64,000 nt of DNA from the human T2T-CHM13v2.0 reference genome, Homo sapiens. The DNA lies in NCBI RefSeq assembly GCF_009914755.1, contig NC_060929.1; one strand, given 5' to 3'. Shown piece by piece: positions 1 to 13,855 of this stretch; within the stretch, counting starts at the first letter, position 1; the number at the start of each line of letters is the position of its first letter. The notes beneath the pieces were generated by a model, which was not told the DNA's origin, did no database searches, and was given only the letters and a program-made list of their open reading frames with translations. Position numbers and translations under genes: made by a program.

Positions 1-1964
1 GATTTCATCTTCTAAGGTTGGCAACTCTTAAGTTTTTTTCTGCTATCCCCAGATAACTCTCTCAAAGAAACTGCATATTTAAAGATAGGCCAGGGACAGC
101 CTAGGGCTGATGGTGAAGGACACAATTTTCACCACTTTTCTCACTCTGTCTTCTGTAAAAGGGAGTTGTCTGACTAAGGAAAACAAGGAAAATTAGAGAA
201 CAGTGTGGACAGAGATTTGCAGGAAGAAGGAAGTTTCTCATCAGAATGTTTCAGGGTTTGTAAGAAAAATCAGCAGTTGAAAACATGACATGAATCCAGT
301 GGCACTAAAAGTCTTTACTATTGACCTGCTACATACCTGACATCCCTCACAGCTATGCCTTCCTTCAGGTCCTTTATATACACATGCTTTTTAAACCAAG
401 TTTTTAACCACAAATCAATAAGATTAAAAATAAGTCATCAGACATTTAATGAAGTCATGATTAGTTATCAACATGATTACTAATATGCACTGGCTCAGCA
501 GAAAAACATTTATTCAGAGTGAGATTTTGAACAAATTGGTTTTGATAAGATAGGAGGCTCAGATGAGTATTCCCAAGAGAAGATATCTGGAATAAATACC
601 ATGCAGAAAAATGAAAAATTGAAGTAGGCCTTTCACTCATATGGTAATTTTTATCATCTTGTTTTTCTCAGACAGTATTTCTCAAATCAAGTCACAAGAG
701 TTTCTCCGACCAGTAACAACATGTAAAAATATCTTCTGCTGACGTGAAGTCATTTTTTAAAGGCTAGTACAGTCATCTACTTAAATCTGTCTGCCTGAAC
801 CACTGCCAATGATACTCCTTTATCCATGGTGATAAAACCAATTAACAGTGCTTTAGGGGAAATTCTCTCCAAATTTAACTAAGGCACAGAGTTAGGGGAG
901 TTGCTATCCCAGTGCCAAATTGGGACTGAGAGCAGAGGCAGCTCTGAAGCCTCAGAACTACATCCAGACAATGCATGGCTGTGGGAGCATCTGAAGGTGT
1001 ACCCCAGGGCATATCTTCCCTACTTCCTGTCCTCAAACAGACCTGCCAAGACACTGCACCCCAGGCCCCACACACCTTCCCTGCCCCATTATCTCACCTG
1101 AGCCCTTGCCAAGAACAACATATTGTCTTTTTCATCCCATCGGAAAATTCTTGTTTATCAAATCTGAAAAATTTTGTCTTTGGAAGGTACATACCTTCTG
1201 TCCTACATAAAGACTATATACTGATAATAGTTTCTGATGGATAGAACAGGACAATCCCAAAATTCCTATAGCAAGCAGGAAGTGTGATGGCAAGAACAGA
1301 GAATAGGCCCAGGACAGGTAGTTCAGAGGAGGACTACAGCAGTTATCCTATTTCACCATATTCTTGGGATGCTTCCCTGAGAAGCAGGTATGGAGAATGG
1401 GAAGAGGCTGCCAGACTTCCCCTGAGGCAGACTTTTATCTACGAGCTGACCTCCCATGGTGGTGATGAGAAGGGCCAGAACACAGATGAGCTGCCTCCCA
1501 TCCATGCTCTCTGCCCAACACAAGGAGCCTCAACCCACACTGATCACAACACTTCAGATGTGTCTGATTGGCAGCTAGGAAGGCCCAGTTACTTCTCTAT
1601 TTCAAGTTACTCTGCCTCTGTTCATGCAGCTTAAGCTTTCATTACCTTTTTGGTAAATTGCAAATTCATAGTGCTTTCCCTTCCAGCCAATCAAATCTTC
1701 AACATGTAAATGTTTTTACTGGGTCAATTGACACATTGATAAATTGAAGTTCGTAACTGTTCCATGGTTAAGAAAACATTGTTAAACATCTCTGAAGTTT
1801 GGAGAAATTTAGTTTGTATGATAATAAAAATAAAATGCTCAAACTCTTGGATGTTTCTGATTTTTAAAATATTACTTCTGATACATACTTCTAATTGACA
1901 CTAAATATTCATTCTATGATTCCTTAGTAATCAAAATATAGGTCTCAGTTGAACACTTAATAGA

Positions 1965-2301
1965 AGATTCTATTTCTCATCTTCCCTTGCAGCTAGATTT
2001 AGTCATGTAACCAACATCTGGCCAATAAAATGAAAGTGAAATGTTATGTGAGACTTCTTGTAAGTCTCCTTTAAAAAAAACTATGGATATAATGGCTAGT
2101 GCTCCAGCCACCATCTTGGTCCACCATGCAATATGCAAAAGAAGCCTAGAGCAGGAAGTCAGAAGGAACCAGGGTTCCTGATGGCCATGGCACTGCTCTA
2201 CCAGTCCTGTGCGCCCTACCTCCAGACTTGCAGATAAATAAAACTATTGATTACTGAGGATTTTCTGCTGTATGCAACTAAATCTAACCTTAACTAATAC
2301 A
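1965..2301 (+). mobile_element. Old MaLR LTR fragment (MLT1J/K-like)
   Basis: Motifs 'gctccagccaccatcttg' and 'cctacctccagactt', ending '...aacttaactaataca', resemble MLT1 LTRs; heavily diverged. Confidence 0.5.
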
Positions 2302-4937
2302 GAACCCTTCACCACCACCATCACCAAATACGGAGCACCTTTACTTTTTTTAAGCAAAGGTTTTTACTCTGCTTGTTCCTATATGAGAAGCCACAGTAAA
2401 TTTGACATTCTGCCTGGGGTAACATTTTGTAGGGAGAGCTAGATCATGCTTGGCAAGGCATTTGCCCAAAGTTGTTCTTGGGCCAACCAACTCACCACAG
2501 CCATACTTCAAATTAGTTTATACCAATCATTACCCTATATTACAATCCATTGATTTGTCTTCAATTTCTAAAGTAGAATTGTTTAATCCTTTCCTTAGAT
2601 AAGTGTAACACACACATCCTGGCCTCTACCCACAAATATTTGCAAGGACATGGCTGGATGTTAATACTGATCAGAGTTTGTGGCTATTGTCCATGTTGGC
2701 ATGAGCAGTCAATGGCAAGAAAGGAGTTATCAGACGCTGTAAACTGTGCTTTTCACCTGAGTAAATAGTCTCTGATTTCTAGACCTATTCATGCAGATGC
2801 TTGGAACTGTAGTGCCAGCCTAGAGAAGTGGCAGCCATCACTGGGAGAAATAAGATTAGGAGAAACAAATAGGAAATGGGAATATCAACTAAAGGTTTGC
2901 AGCCAGCTTTCTCTGGTTGCCTCAGATTCTAGTTTTCCCAGAAAGGTTATATCTGGGTGAGCACCTGAATTTGTTTTCTATTTAATGGTCTATCCTTTTT
3001 TTAGTCATAAAATAAATATGGGAAGTCAAAGTCTACACCATTCCTTCTGAATCACCCCGATCCAAATGTCATTGGTGATGATGTTAATTCAATATTTGAG
3101 TTAGGCTAAAAGACACTGTTTAAATCATACTCATCAGATTATGACTTGGTGTAGAGGAATTTAAATATCCCTGCAGCAGCATAACAGAAAATAAACTTCT
3201 AATCCTGCCAAGTGAAGGCAAACTGCTCTTGAGAATTAAAATGTATCGTTCTTGAAAAGAATATTTTCACTTACCAACTAAAGGTGATTTTAGATATTTT
3301 CCTGATTAAAAACCACATCAAGCACACACAGCCTTATGTTTGGCACAATTTTCTTTAGTTTCCTTAATTTCGTAGTTAATGATTTACCTAGGAATATTGA
3401 TGGCCAAATGGGAGGATGAACAGAATGCTGTTGGGAAAGATCAGCACCCACTCAACCTCTCGATCCACCTATTTCCCCAATTTCCCTACCAGAGTGCCCA
3501 CTTCCCCAGGAATCTGAAACTGCTTCATATTTGCATTTTGGTGAGTTGCTCCAGACCTTCAAATCTGGTGTAGCTACTTGCCAGTGCTCTGCACTGTATG
3601 AGTTCTACTCATTCAGGAGGGCCACCTTCTCTAAAAACATAAAAATTAATTATAGTAATATACTCAGGAGGGGGTGAATTATCCTAAGAAATTTCTTTGG
3701 TCCTCTGTATAGCACAACCTTGTATTTGAAGTACTTTTTCTCCATATCCTTTGATGATCAGATTAGTCCTCATCAGAACCAAGTTTCCTGGAGTTAAAAT
3801 TAACTTTGTAATTCCTGAAATTCTCAAATATTATTGTTTTTATTAAATGTCTATACTAAGTTTTAGAATGTAAGACCTCCCTAAAGACTTGCAATCTTGT
3901 AACACTTCTGAAGGAAAAGGATTTTGGAATTATTAGGCCAACTCTCTTAAAATTTAGATAGATGAGAATACATGTTAAATTTTTAAATAAAAATTTTATA
4001 ATGAGATTAAAACCTTAAGCAGTGATTTTTTTTAATGAAGTTTTAAGCATCTCTGCTTAATGGTTTGGTAAAGAAAGAGCATCTCCCTTAAGATTTTTGA
4101 CCTCTTTTTCCTGGTGTTCTTTCTCAGTCTCAGAAATTTGGACTGTTCAAGTAAACAGTCTACCACGATGTTGGTTCTGGTTTCTGCACTTCAGTAGCTG
4201 CTATTGTTGCCAAGAGTATCATTTTTCCAGTGCTGCCTCAATCTCCCTTGTAATTTTATTGATTCAAAACTAGGTTTACTGACGATTTGAAGTGCTAGTA
4301 TTACACAACCCATTAGCCATATTCAGCCACATTATCTCCATTCAGACTAGATGACTGCTATGTAAACAGCAAAACATTGACTACTTAAAGTCTTTCTCAT
4401 CATTCTTTACACTAGCCCTGTATCAATCAAAAGCTATACAGAGAAGATAATTTAAATCTTTGGTAACAGTAAAGAAGCCAATTTCTCTGCATGTGAATAA
4501 GAATCAAATTATACGGGTAACTGAGGAAACCTATTCTGGCTGATGTGAATAGTAGATATAAATGCAGAGATTCTCTTTACTGGCTTCCCTGACTCCTTAT
4601 TTTATAGTTTGTTTTTGTTTTTGAATTTTGTCTAGGGTTTCCCTACATCACTAAATTTCGACCATCATAAACTCATTTACAAACTTTACATATATACAAA
4701 GTACTAGTTTCCTAAAATGTACCCAACTCTTACAGGGCCACATTCATGGGGGTTTTCTTACCAAGATTCCCTATCATCCTAGTAACAGACTCTCCAGGGA
4801 TTTTGCTATCTGTTAAAACTTGGCCCTGATAGTTACATTTCAGAGAGCCCCTGCTTTAGGAGAGACAGACAAATCATGGATATAACCTGGTTTTTCCCTC
4901 CCTCTTTTAAGGTGATTTGCTTATCTCATTTATACCT

Positions 4938-5254
4938 AAGTTGATTGACAGAGATTGTATCTGATGATAACATTTCCTTTCTCATTAAGGAACAAAGATG
5001 TTTATTTCCATTATTTTCTAACAGAGATATAAAATAAGCAGTAAAAAATGTATTGACATAAAAATGTATTGACATAAAAAGTTTATTTCCATTATTTTCT
5101 AACAGAGATATAAAATAAGCAGTAAAAAATGTATTGACATAAAAAGTTGATTGACAGGTTGTATCTGATGATAACATTTCCTTTCTCATTAAGGAACAAA
5201 GATGTTTATTTCCATTATTTTCTAACAGAGATATAAAATAAGCAGTAAAAAATG
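4938..5254. repeat. Complex local tandem duplication (A-B-C-C-B-C-A-B)
   Basis: B (51 bp, gtttatttcc...aaaaaatg) occurs at 5000-5050, 5081-5131 and 5204-5254. A (~60 bp) occurs at 4940-4999 and 5146-5203. C (tattgacataaaaa) occurs at 5051, 5067 and 5132. Confidence 0.95.
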
Positions 5255-6173
5255 ACCCTGATAAAGCATAGAATGTTAAGGCAAAAGAATATTGCATATA
5301 CTTGTCCTGTATCTTAGTTATAGCCTACAGAAATCATCCTTATCTTGTGGAAATAGAATGGCTTAATCCACGCCTTCTTGACTATTTCTTAATATTTTGC
5401 TAGGTCCATAGGCTCAGCATGTGAGGAAAAATTGTAACTTGCCATGATGGCCACAAAATCCCCTTGGTTTGCTGAGGCATGTCTTAAGGTCCCATAAGTT
5501 GTTGAGTGCCTAATTTCTTAGCTTTCCTCTACTACAAATCTGAACCAAGTAATAAATAGAACAGAAGCCAAATGTGAGTTAAAATTTGTTACCCATTTTA
5601 TTCCTTTGCAAAGTTGAATTGTAGGGTATATCTTGGGATTGGTAGCGAACACAGAGACCTCTTACCACCTTTTATAATTTCAAGCCTAGATCTTGAAGTT
5701 CACATATGGGAAGAAGTGAAACACAGAGCATCTTGAGCATATCAGGCATCAAAGACCTAAGGGAAACAAGGATTCTATCCTGTCTGAACCTAAGAGTGAA
5801 GAGAGAAATCCATCAGGCTGGAACATAATTGTCCAGGTGCTAACCCCACTCAATCAGAATGAGGCTCTTGTCAAATTGTGTGTGCCTCTTGACAAAGAGA
5901 CAGTAATGAAAACAGTAGGTAGAGGGACCAGAAGCATTTCACTAATACTGACTCCACCTGGGCAGTAAAGTGAACATTTTCTCTCATCTATGGAAATGCG
6001 AGATGCATTGCACTAAACCATTTTCCCTAACAAAAGAAGAACAAAGCAGAGTGTTGGAAGCCAATGAGTTAAGAAAATGAAATATCAAGTAGGCCGAGGT
6101 GCAACTTGCAAAGAACAAAGGGATACCAGAGGTCAATTCTATTAGATATTAGCAGCATGCCTGCTGGCTTTGG

Positions 6174-6201
<28 letters not shown>
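6174..6201. repeat. Poly(A) tract (A28)
   Basis: Uninterrupted A run read directly. Confidence 0.95.
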
Positions 6202-6204
<3 letters not shown>

Positions 6205-6971
6205 GTAGATAGGTGGCCAGTTGCAAAATCTGGTCAGAAAAAGTTTTGTTGGTGGTTTTTGTTTGTTTCTTGTTTGCCCAGACACAGTACAGTTTATTTT
6301 GTATGGTTGTTGCTTGAATTTGAATAACTTAAGCAAGGCATGTTTCTCTACTGCCTCAGTCACCATCACTTCTTGTTATCTATTCCAGATTCAATCCACC
6401 AATATATGTACTTATCAAACTTCCATAGGCATTGGAATTGGTGACTCCTTGCCTTTAATGAAACATACTACCACGACAGAAACTTTTATTTATTATGCAA
6501 TACAACTGGTTTTCCCTGTTGACTGAAGAATTCTTTTACTCAATATATTAGATTTCATTTTATTATTTATAAATTATTCATAACCCAATGTGTTGTTCTA
6601 GTTTATGCAGTGAATACATACTGTTTTTAAGGAAGGCCTAAACTTACTTTTCCTCCAAGAAAAATGATAATCTACACCACTGCCCATTATCAATGTCATA
6701 AAATAATGCTCACAAATTACAAAGAATGATTATTAACTCCTTCCTGCTCCTGGAAATAAAAGTCAGTTATTTGGGTCTCAAATGTTACCTTCCCTTGCCA
6801 TGAAATGCTGTTAGTCACACAGAATGTGGTAGTCAAAACCTTTTTTAGCAAACATTTAATGCATGGTTATTACATGGTTATTAGTGCTATAATAGTAAAT
6901 AATTCCAACAGATTTCCTTCTTTTGACTGCAGACATTTGCCAGTATCAATCAATATTTAAAATGAAAGAGG

Positions 6972-7668
6972 GAATATCCAGAGCCTATAAGGAATTCAAG
7001 TCAACAAGACAAAAACAAAAATAACCCCATTAAAAAGCTGGCAAAAGACATGAACATTTTTCAAAAGAAGATGTACAAGCGGCCAGCAAACATATGAAAA
7101 AATGCTCAACATCACTAGTCAGAGAAATTCAAATTAAAATGGCAATGAAATACTATCTTACACCAGTCAAAATGGCTACTATTAACAACTCAAAAAACAA
7201 TAGATATTGGCATAGATGTAGAGAAAAGGGAACTCATATACTGTTGGTAGGAATGTAAATTTGTACAACCTTTATAAAAAACAGTATGCAGATTTCTCAA
7301 AGAACTAAAAATAGAACTATCCTGATCCAGCAATCCCACTACTGGGTATCTATCCAAAGAAAAATAAATCATTTTGTCAAAAAGACACATGCATTTGCAT
7401 GTTTGTCACAGCACTATTCAAAATAACAAAGTCATGGAATCAACCATGTGTCCATTGATGAATGACTGGATTTTAAAATGTGGTATGTATATCATGGAAT
7501 ACTATTCAGCCATAAAAAAGAATAAAATCATATCTTTTGCAGCAACATGGATGGACCTGAAGGCCATTATCCTTAGTGAAATGACTCAGAAACAGTAAGT
7601 CAAATATCACATATTCTCACTTGTAAGTGGGAGATAAACAATGGGGACACACAGACACACAGAGTGTG
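6972..7668 (+). mobile_element. LINE-1 3' fragment (L1MA-type; end of ORF2 and 3'UTR)
   Basis: 'gatccagcaatcccactactgggtatc', 'ggaatactattcagccataaaaaag'; ORF 7374-7598 has MEYYSAIKKNKIISFAATWMDLKAIILSE, the ORF2 C-terminus. Confidence 0.9.
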
Positions 7669-8009
7669 AGAGAAAAAGAAGATAGAAGCAGAAACAAGAG
7701 ATAGAGGGGAACAAGGCATAGTTGGATGACAGCTTTCCACTTTTTCATTGCACTGGAGTATTCTCTTCTGTCAGTTCCCCAGATATCTGTCTAATAATTT
7801 CTACTTTTTTAGTTTAAACCAGCTTGCTTTGTTGATTATTTGTGATTAAAAGGAGCTTGAGTAGGACTTCATCATTTTCCTGCTCACAATATACTTTATT
7901 TTCAGGTCCAGTACTCAGAAGGAAGTTAATCTGTTTAAATGGTAACTCTATACACCAGAACGACTTTTTATGCCATGGAACTTTACAATCAGAAAGAGAA
8001 GAATATGTC

Positions 8010-8960
8010 ATATTCAGTTTTAATCTGAAGAGCTTGACACAGTTCTTGGCACATAGTAGGCCCTTAAAATCAGTTTCTGAATGAATAGAATTGGATATGT
8101 GCTCATCAAATTTACAGATAACCCAATGGTGAGAATTCTCCTTTGGATTTTGTGGAGTAGGATCCGAAGCTAATCTCATAATTCACTGAAAGAAAAAGAA
8201 AGCTATTAGACAACAGCTTTGTCATGTTACCAACACCAATCTATAAACCAGTCTGAATCTGTGCCTATCCTCTCTGACCTTCCCCCAGTTTCAATGGAAG
8301 ACGAGTCCTTCCTGTCATTAAAACCACATAACTCCCCCTAGGGGTCCCTCCTCAGACTTCTCTCTGAAAAGCTGGCCACTTTTTAATGAATGTTTAATTA
8401 CACTCTCTCTACTGGATCCTTATCATCAGTTTGCACACATGCCCTTTTGTCTTAAGAAGCACACAACTACACTCACACACTAACTTGACTTCATATCTTT
8501 TGGAGTTACCTACTTATTTCTCAATTCTCTTCATGGGAAAACATTAGAAAATTTTCTATACTCTCTGTCTACTTTTCTACCTAACTTTCACTCTTAAGCC
8601 ATTGCAATTGGGCTCCATCCCCAATGCTCTTTGAGACTTCTCATCAAATTATCAACAATCTTCCTGTTACCAATCCAAAAGATGATATTTTTTAATTTAT
8701 TCAATAGCAATTCACTTAGTTGACCAATCCCTCCATCACATTCTGTGGCAGTACACCATTTGTATTTTCCCACCATCAGTAGCAACCCCAAGCAAGCTCC
8801 TTTATTGGTACATCTGATCTACCTGACATCTAAATTTTCGACTGCTTTAGTATCAAGTCCAGGGGTTCTTTTTTTATCAACCTATAAAAAAAGTGTTCTA
8901 GTTTGTGTTATTCAATGCCTACTGACAATATCCATCAAGAAGCATTAGCTAAATGGATGA
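8010..8960. mobile_element. Degraded L2 fragments
   Basis: 'cacagttcttggcacatagtaggccc...tgaatgaat' is an L2 3' end; the pyrimidine-rich stretch at 8200-8900 resembles L2 body. Confidence 0.55.
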
Positions 8961-9837
8961 AATCGTTATACTCCCTGTATATCTCCCTCTTCTATCTGTT
9001 ACCTTTGCCATTAGTTCTGACAGTGCAGCCAGATCTGTGGGTATATGCTAGATCAAAAAGAAACACTTTTAAACTGTCTCTTGAGGGAACACTTATTTTA
9101 GGGATCAGTGAAAGACAGTGAGCTGAGCACTAACATCTACAGTTACCATTACAGGCTTCAGAATTTTGAGGCAGCAGTCAACATCAAGAAGGTATCCAGA
9201 GGTAGAGCAGAGAAAAATATTGGATGGTCATGACAGTCAAGTGTTTTTTTCCTGGGAATATTTGAGATCTCCCCGGGGTACTTTCTGAAATATGTGAAGA
9301 ATTTTGAAAGGGAGGCTAGAGTGTCAGCAATTTCTATGGCGGATAATAAAAATGAGCAAATAACACAACTGAAATTATTGCCACCCCTACCTCTTGATTA
9401 GTATGGCCTGAAACATAATGATATATCTCTTATTTAAGTTCTTCATCACTTGATTATACTTGCTTGAATCTCTGACATAAAGCACAGTTCTGGTCAATTT
9501 GCTTTGAGATTGCAACATATTCAACAGCTAATATTAGATTTTATAAATCTAATTCTATTATTCTCCTTAACTAAAAGAGCTCTAAATATCTATCACATCC
9601 TTAACAATAATAAATATTTTGGTAACAAATATGGGCTTGAAATAGTTGTTGGTATTATTAGAAACAACACCAAGAATTTAAAAGCAAACAATAAAAAGTT
9701 TCTATTTTAGTAAGTTTTATTTACAAATTATAAAACAAAGCCTAACAAATCATACCACTGAAGTTTTTTAGTGTATAGGAAGATTCAATTACCAAAGATC
9801 CTTGACTTTTTAGATCAAGGTTTAAAAGGATACTTGG

Positions 9838-12140
9838 TGTATTAGTCCATTTTTATGTTGCTGATAAAGACGTACTCAAGACTGGGCAATTTACAAAAAA
9901 AAAAGAAAAGAAAAAAATGGTTTAATGGACTTACATTTCCACATGGCTGGGGAGACCTCACAATCATGGAAGAAGGCAAAGAGGAGCAAGTCATGTCTCA
10001 CATGAATGGCAGCATGCCAAAAGTGAAAGAGTTTGTGCACGGAAACTCCTGTTTTTAAAACCATCAGGTCTTGTGAGATGTATTCACTATCACGAGAACA
10101 GCACGGGAAAGACCTGCCCCATGATTCAATTACCTCCAACTAGGTCCCTCCCACAACACATGGGAATTCAATATGAGATTTGGGTGGGAACACAGCCAAA
10201 CCATATCATTCCACCCCGGCCCCTCCCATATCTCACGTCCTCATATTTCAAAATCAGTCATGCCTTCCTAATAGTCCCCCAAAGTCTTAGCTCATTTCAG
10301 CATTAACTCAAAAATCCACAGTCCAAAGTTTCACCTGAGACAAGACTAGTTCTTTCTGCCTATGAGCCTGTAAAATCAAAAGCAAGTTAATTACTTCCTA
10401 GTTACAATGGGGGTACAGGCATTGGGTAAATACAGCTGTTCTAAATGGGATACATTGACCCAAAACAAGGGGATACAGGTCCCATGGAAGTCAGAAATCC
10501 AGCAAGGCAGTCAAATCTTAGAGCACCAATATGATCTCCTTTGACTCCATGTCTCACATCCAGGTCACGCTGATGCAAGAGGTGGGTTCCCCTGGTCTTG
10601 GGAAGCTCTGCTCCTTTGGATTTGCAGGATATAGCCTCCCTCCCAGCTGCTTTCACAGGCTGGTCTTGAGCGTCTGCAGCTTTTCCATGCACATGGTGCA
10701 AGCTGCCAGTCGATCTACCATTCTGGGGTCTGGAAAACGGTGGCCCTCTTCTCACAGCTCCACAAGGCAGTGCCCCACTAGGGATTCTGTGTGTGGGCTC
10801 CAACCCCACATTTCCCGTCTGCATTGCCCTCGCAGAGGTTCTCCATGAGGGCCCCACCCCTGCAGCAAACTTCTTCCTGGGCATCCAGGCATTTCCATAC
10901 ATCTTCTGAAATCTAGGTGGAGGTTCCCAAACCCAATTCTTGACTTCTGTGCACTTGCAGGCTCAACACCACATGGAAGCTGCCAAGTCTTGGGGCTTGC
11001 ACCCTCTGAAGCCATGGCCTGAGTCTACATTGGCCCCTTTTAGCCATGGTTAGAGCAGCTGGGACTCAGAGCACCAAGTCCCTAGACTGCACACAGCCCA
11101 GGGATGCCGGTCCTGGCCCATGAAACCACTTTTTCCTCCTAAGCCTCTATGCCTGTGATGGGAGCAGCTGCTGTAAAGACCTCTGACATGCCTTGGAGAC
11201 ATTTTCCCCATTGTCTTGAGGATTAATATTCAGCTTCTCATTACGTGGATTTCTGCAGCCAGCTTGAATTTCTCCTCAGAAAATGGGATTTTCTTTTCTA
11301 TCACATTGTCAGGCTGCAAATTTTCTGAACTTTTATACTCTGCTTCCCTTATAAAACTGAATGCCTTTAACAGCACCCAAATCATCTCTTGAATGTTTTG
11401 CTGCTTAGAAATTTCTTCCAGCAAGATATTCTAAATCATCCCTTTCAAGCTCAAAGTTTCACAAATCTCTAGGTTGGGGGCACAATGCCACCAGTCTCTT
11501 TGCTAAAACATAACAAGAGTCACTGTTGCTCCAGTTTCCACCAAGTTCCTCATTTTTATCTGAGACCCCTTAAGCCTGGACCTTATTGTCCATATCGCTA
11601 TCAGCATTTTGGGAAAAGCCATTCAAGAAGTCTTTAGGAAGTTTCAAACTTTGCCACATTTTTTGTCTTCTTCTGAGCCCTCCAAACTGTTCCAACTTCT
11701 GCCTGTTACCCAGATCCAAAGTCGCTTCCATAATTTTGGGGTATCTTTTCAGCAGCACTCCACTCCTGGTACCAATTTACTGTATTAGTCCATTTTTGTG
11801 CTGCTGATAAAGACATACTCAAGACTGGGCAATTTACGTAAGAAAGAGGTTTAATGGACTTACAGTTCCACATGTCTGGTGAGGTCTCACAATCACGGCA
11901 GAAGGCAAAAAGGAGCAAGTCATGTCTAACATGGATGGCAGCATACAAAAAGAGAGAGCTTGTGCTGGGAAACTCCTGTTTTTAAAACCACCAGATCTTG
12001 TGAGACTTATTCACTATCACGAGAACAGCATGGGAAAAACCCACCCCCATGATTCAATTACCTCCCACTGGATTCCTGCCCCCCCATAACATCTGATAAT
12101 TCAAGATGAGATTTGGGTGGGACACAGCCAAACCATATCA
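9838..12140 (-). mobile_element. Full-length THE1A-type MaLR provirus: LTR 9838-10208, internal 10209-11780, LTR 11781-12140
   Basis: Two similar LTRs (tgtattagtcc...aaaccatatca) flank THE1-int sequence. 5 bp TSD cttgg/ctggg with 1 mismatch. THE1A-type diagnostics 'ctgggcaattt' and 'catggatggcagc'. Confidence 0.93.
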
Positions 12141-12339
12141 CTGGGATGGTTTGAGTTTGAAATGCCTATCTTAACCTCTCTGTTGCCGATCACTACATTT
12201 TTACCACCTACCATGTCCCATTATTACCACCTCCCTTAACCCACAGAGACATAAGGGAAAGGGGGCCAAATAGAAAATAGAAAACAAGAAGAAGAGCTAG
12301 TGTAAGACTATTTGTAGTCCCTAAAAATAAAGGAGATAC

Positions 12340-12562
12340 CTTTAAGACTTAAGAAAAATAGGATGGGAGGGGAGGCAAGGCAATGAGGTGGAAGTGGAAG
12401 AAGAGGGAAAAAAAGAGTTAAGACAGGAAATAAATCAGCAGGAAAAATGGAGAAAAGAAATAGAGGAAAAAGGAAAGAAAGTAGAAGACTGAGAATATTG
12501 GTAAGAGGAGGCTGATAAATGGAAAGGAAAAATGAAAGGAAAGGGAGGTAGAGAAGGAGAAG
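12340..12562. repeat. Purine (GA)-rich low-complexity tract
   Basis: Nearly all A/G on the + strand. Confidence 0.8.
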
Positions 12563-13030
12563 ATACTTTAGCAATCTCTAATGCAAAACTTTAGCAAGAA
12601 CATAAATGCAGAATTCCACTGGTGTCTCTGTGGGAACAAGAGTAGTGAGAAATGTGAGTTAATAAGGTTATGTTTGTCACAGGTCTATTCTTAGAAATTG
12701 TACTCCAATATGTATATTTCAGTTTATAATCTTAGTCATCCGCTTGAAGAGACAAAATAAACCACAGCACATTTATAGCAAACTGTTCTGTCCTGAGCAC
12801 CATGAAAAAGAATTGTTGTCCACAGTAACCATGAAAACCAAAATGAAAAAAAAAGTATAGTTTTTATTACATTATTGGGTGTACAACTCCTGAATCTTAG
12901 TCTGAAATCCAATGAAACCCACTGGACTGTAGTAAAATAAGAACAACAAAGACATAGGGACATTTTTATTAAGTTAAATGTATACCAATTGAAGTAAGGT
13001 CCATAGTTTTCAGAATGTGCCCTTTCTATA

Positions 13031-13403
13031 TTTTTTTTGCCAATTGATAAATAAAATTTTTATATCTTATTGTGCACAACATGATGTTTTGTAATATGTA
13101 TACATTGTGGAATGTCTGGATTGAGCTCAATAATTAAAAATAGAATTACCATATGACCCAGAAATCTCACTCCTGGGTACATATCTAAGGAAATGAAATC
13201 AGTATATTGAAGAAATAACTGTACTCTCGTGTGCATTGCAGCATTATTCACAATAGCCAAGATATGGAATCAACCTAAGTTTCTATCAACAAATGGATGG
13301 ATAAAGAAAATGTGATACACACATACACACAGAAATACTACTCATCCTAAAAGGAAAAGGAAATCCTGTCATTTGCAACAATATGGATAAACCCAGAGAA
13401 CAT
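13031..13403 (-). mobile_element. Old L1MA 3' fragment, apparently 5'-inverted
   Basis: Poly-T plus reverse 3'UTR end at ~13031-13125, then forward-orientation L1 sequence (agaattaccatatgacccag...) at ~13135-13403. Confidence 0.7.
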
Positions 13404-13639
13404 TTCAGTCATTCTCTTTCACAACTGTAATAAAATCCACACTGCCATGGTTTATAAGACCCTTCTTCATCTGGATCCCATACTCTCTCCCATTATTTAC
13501 TGTACTGGCACTTGTTCCTTGGGCCCAAGAAGGACTTTAGATCCTAGTTCTCTCCACCCAACAAGCATGCCCTCGCTCAAGGATCTCTTCCATAGAGTTG
13601 CATTACTGACCCCTCACATAATGTATACCCTTAACCTCA

Positions 13640-13855
13640 AATACATCAAATCTCATTATCCTATTTTATTTTCTTTAAAGCTTTATCACTATCTGGAAGT
13701 ATTTTGTTCATTTATGTAGTTTCCTTGTTAATCCTCAGCATCCCTCAGTAGAATATAAAATCTATGAGGCAATGACCACTATTCTTAAATTCGATAACAA
13801 TGTTTGACCCATAATAAGAATGGAAGATATATTGATTAAATGAATAAATGAGTGA
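13640..13855 (+). mobile_element. L2 3' end fragment
   Basis: 'tagaatataaaatctatgaggcaatgacc...tgattaaatgaataaatgag'. Confidence 0.6.

Noticed and set aside
870-1634. GC-richer stretches with ORFs of 66-116 aa
   Set aside because: No recognisable protein or splice structure. They are probably old LTR relics, but I could not assign a family confidently.
4926-5297. 123 aa repetitive ORF, or a CRISPR-like array
   Set aside because: The ORF simply translates the local duplication. There are no unique spacers or cas genes, and the DNA is eukaryotic.
10441-11948. ORFs of 60-153 aa inside THE1
   Set aside because: These are fragments of the decayed MaLR internal region and LTR, not host genes.
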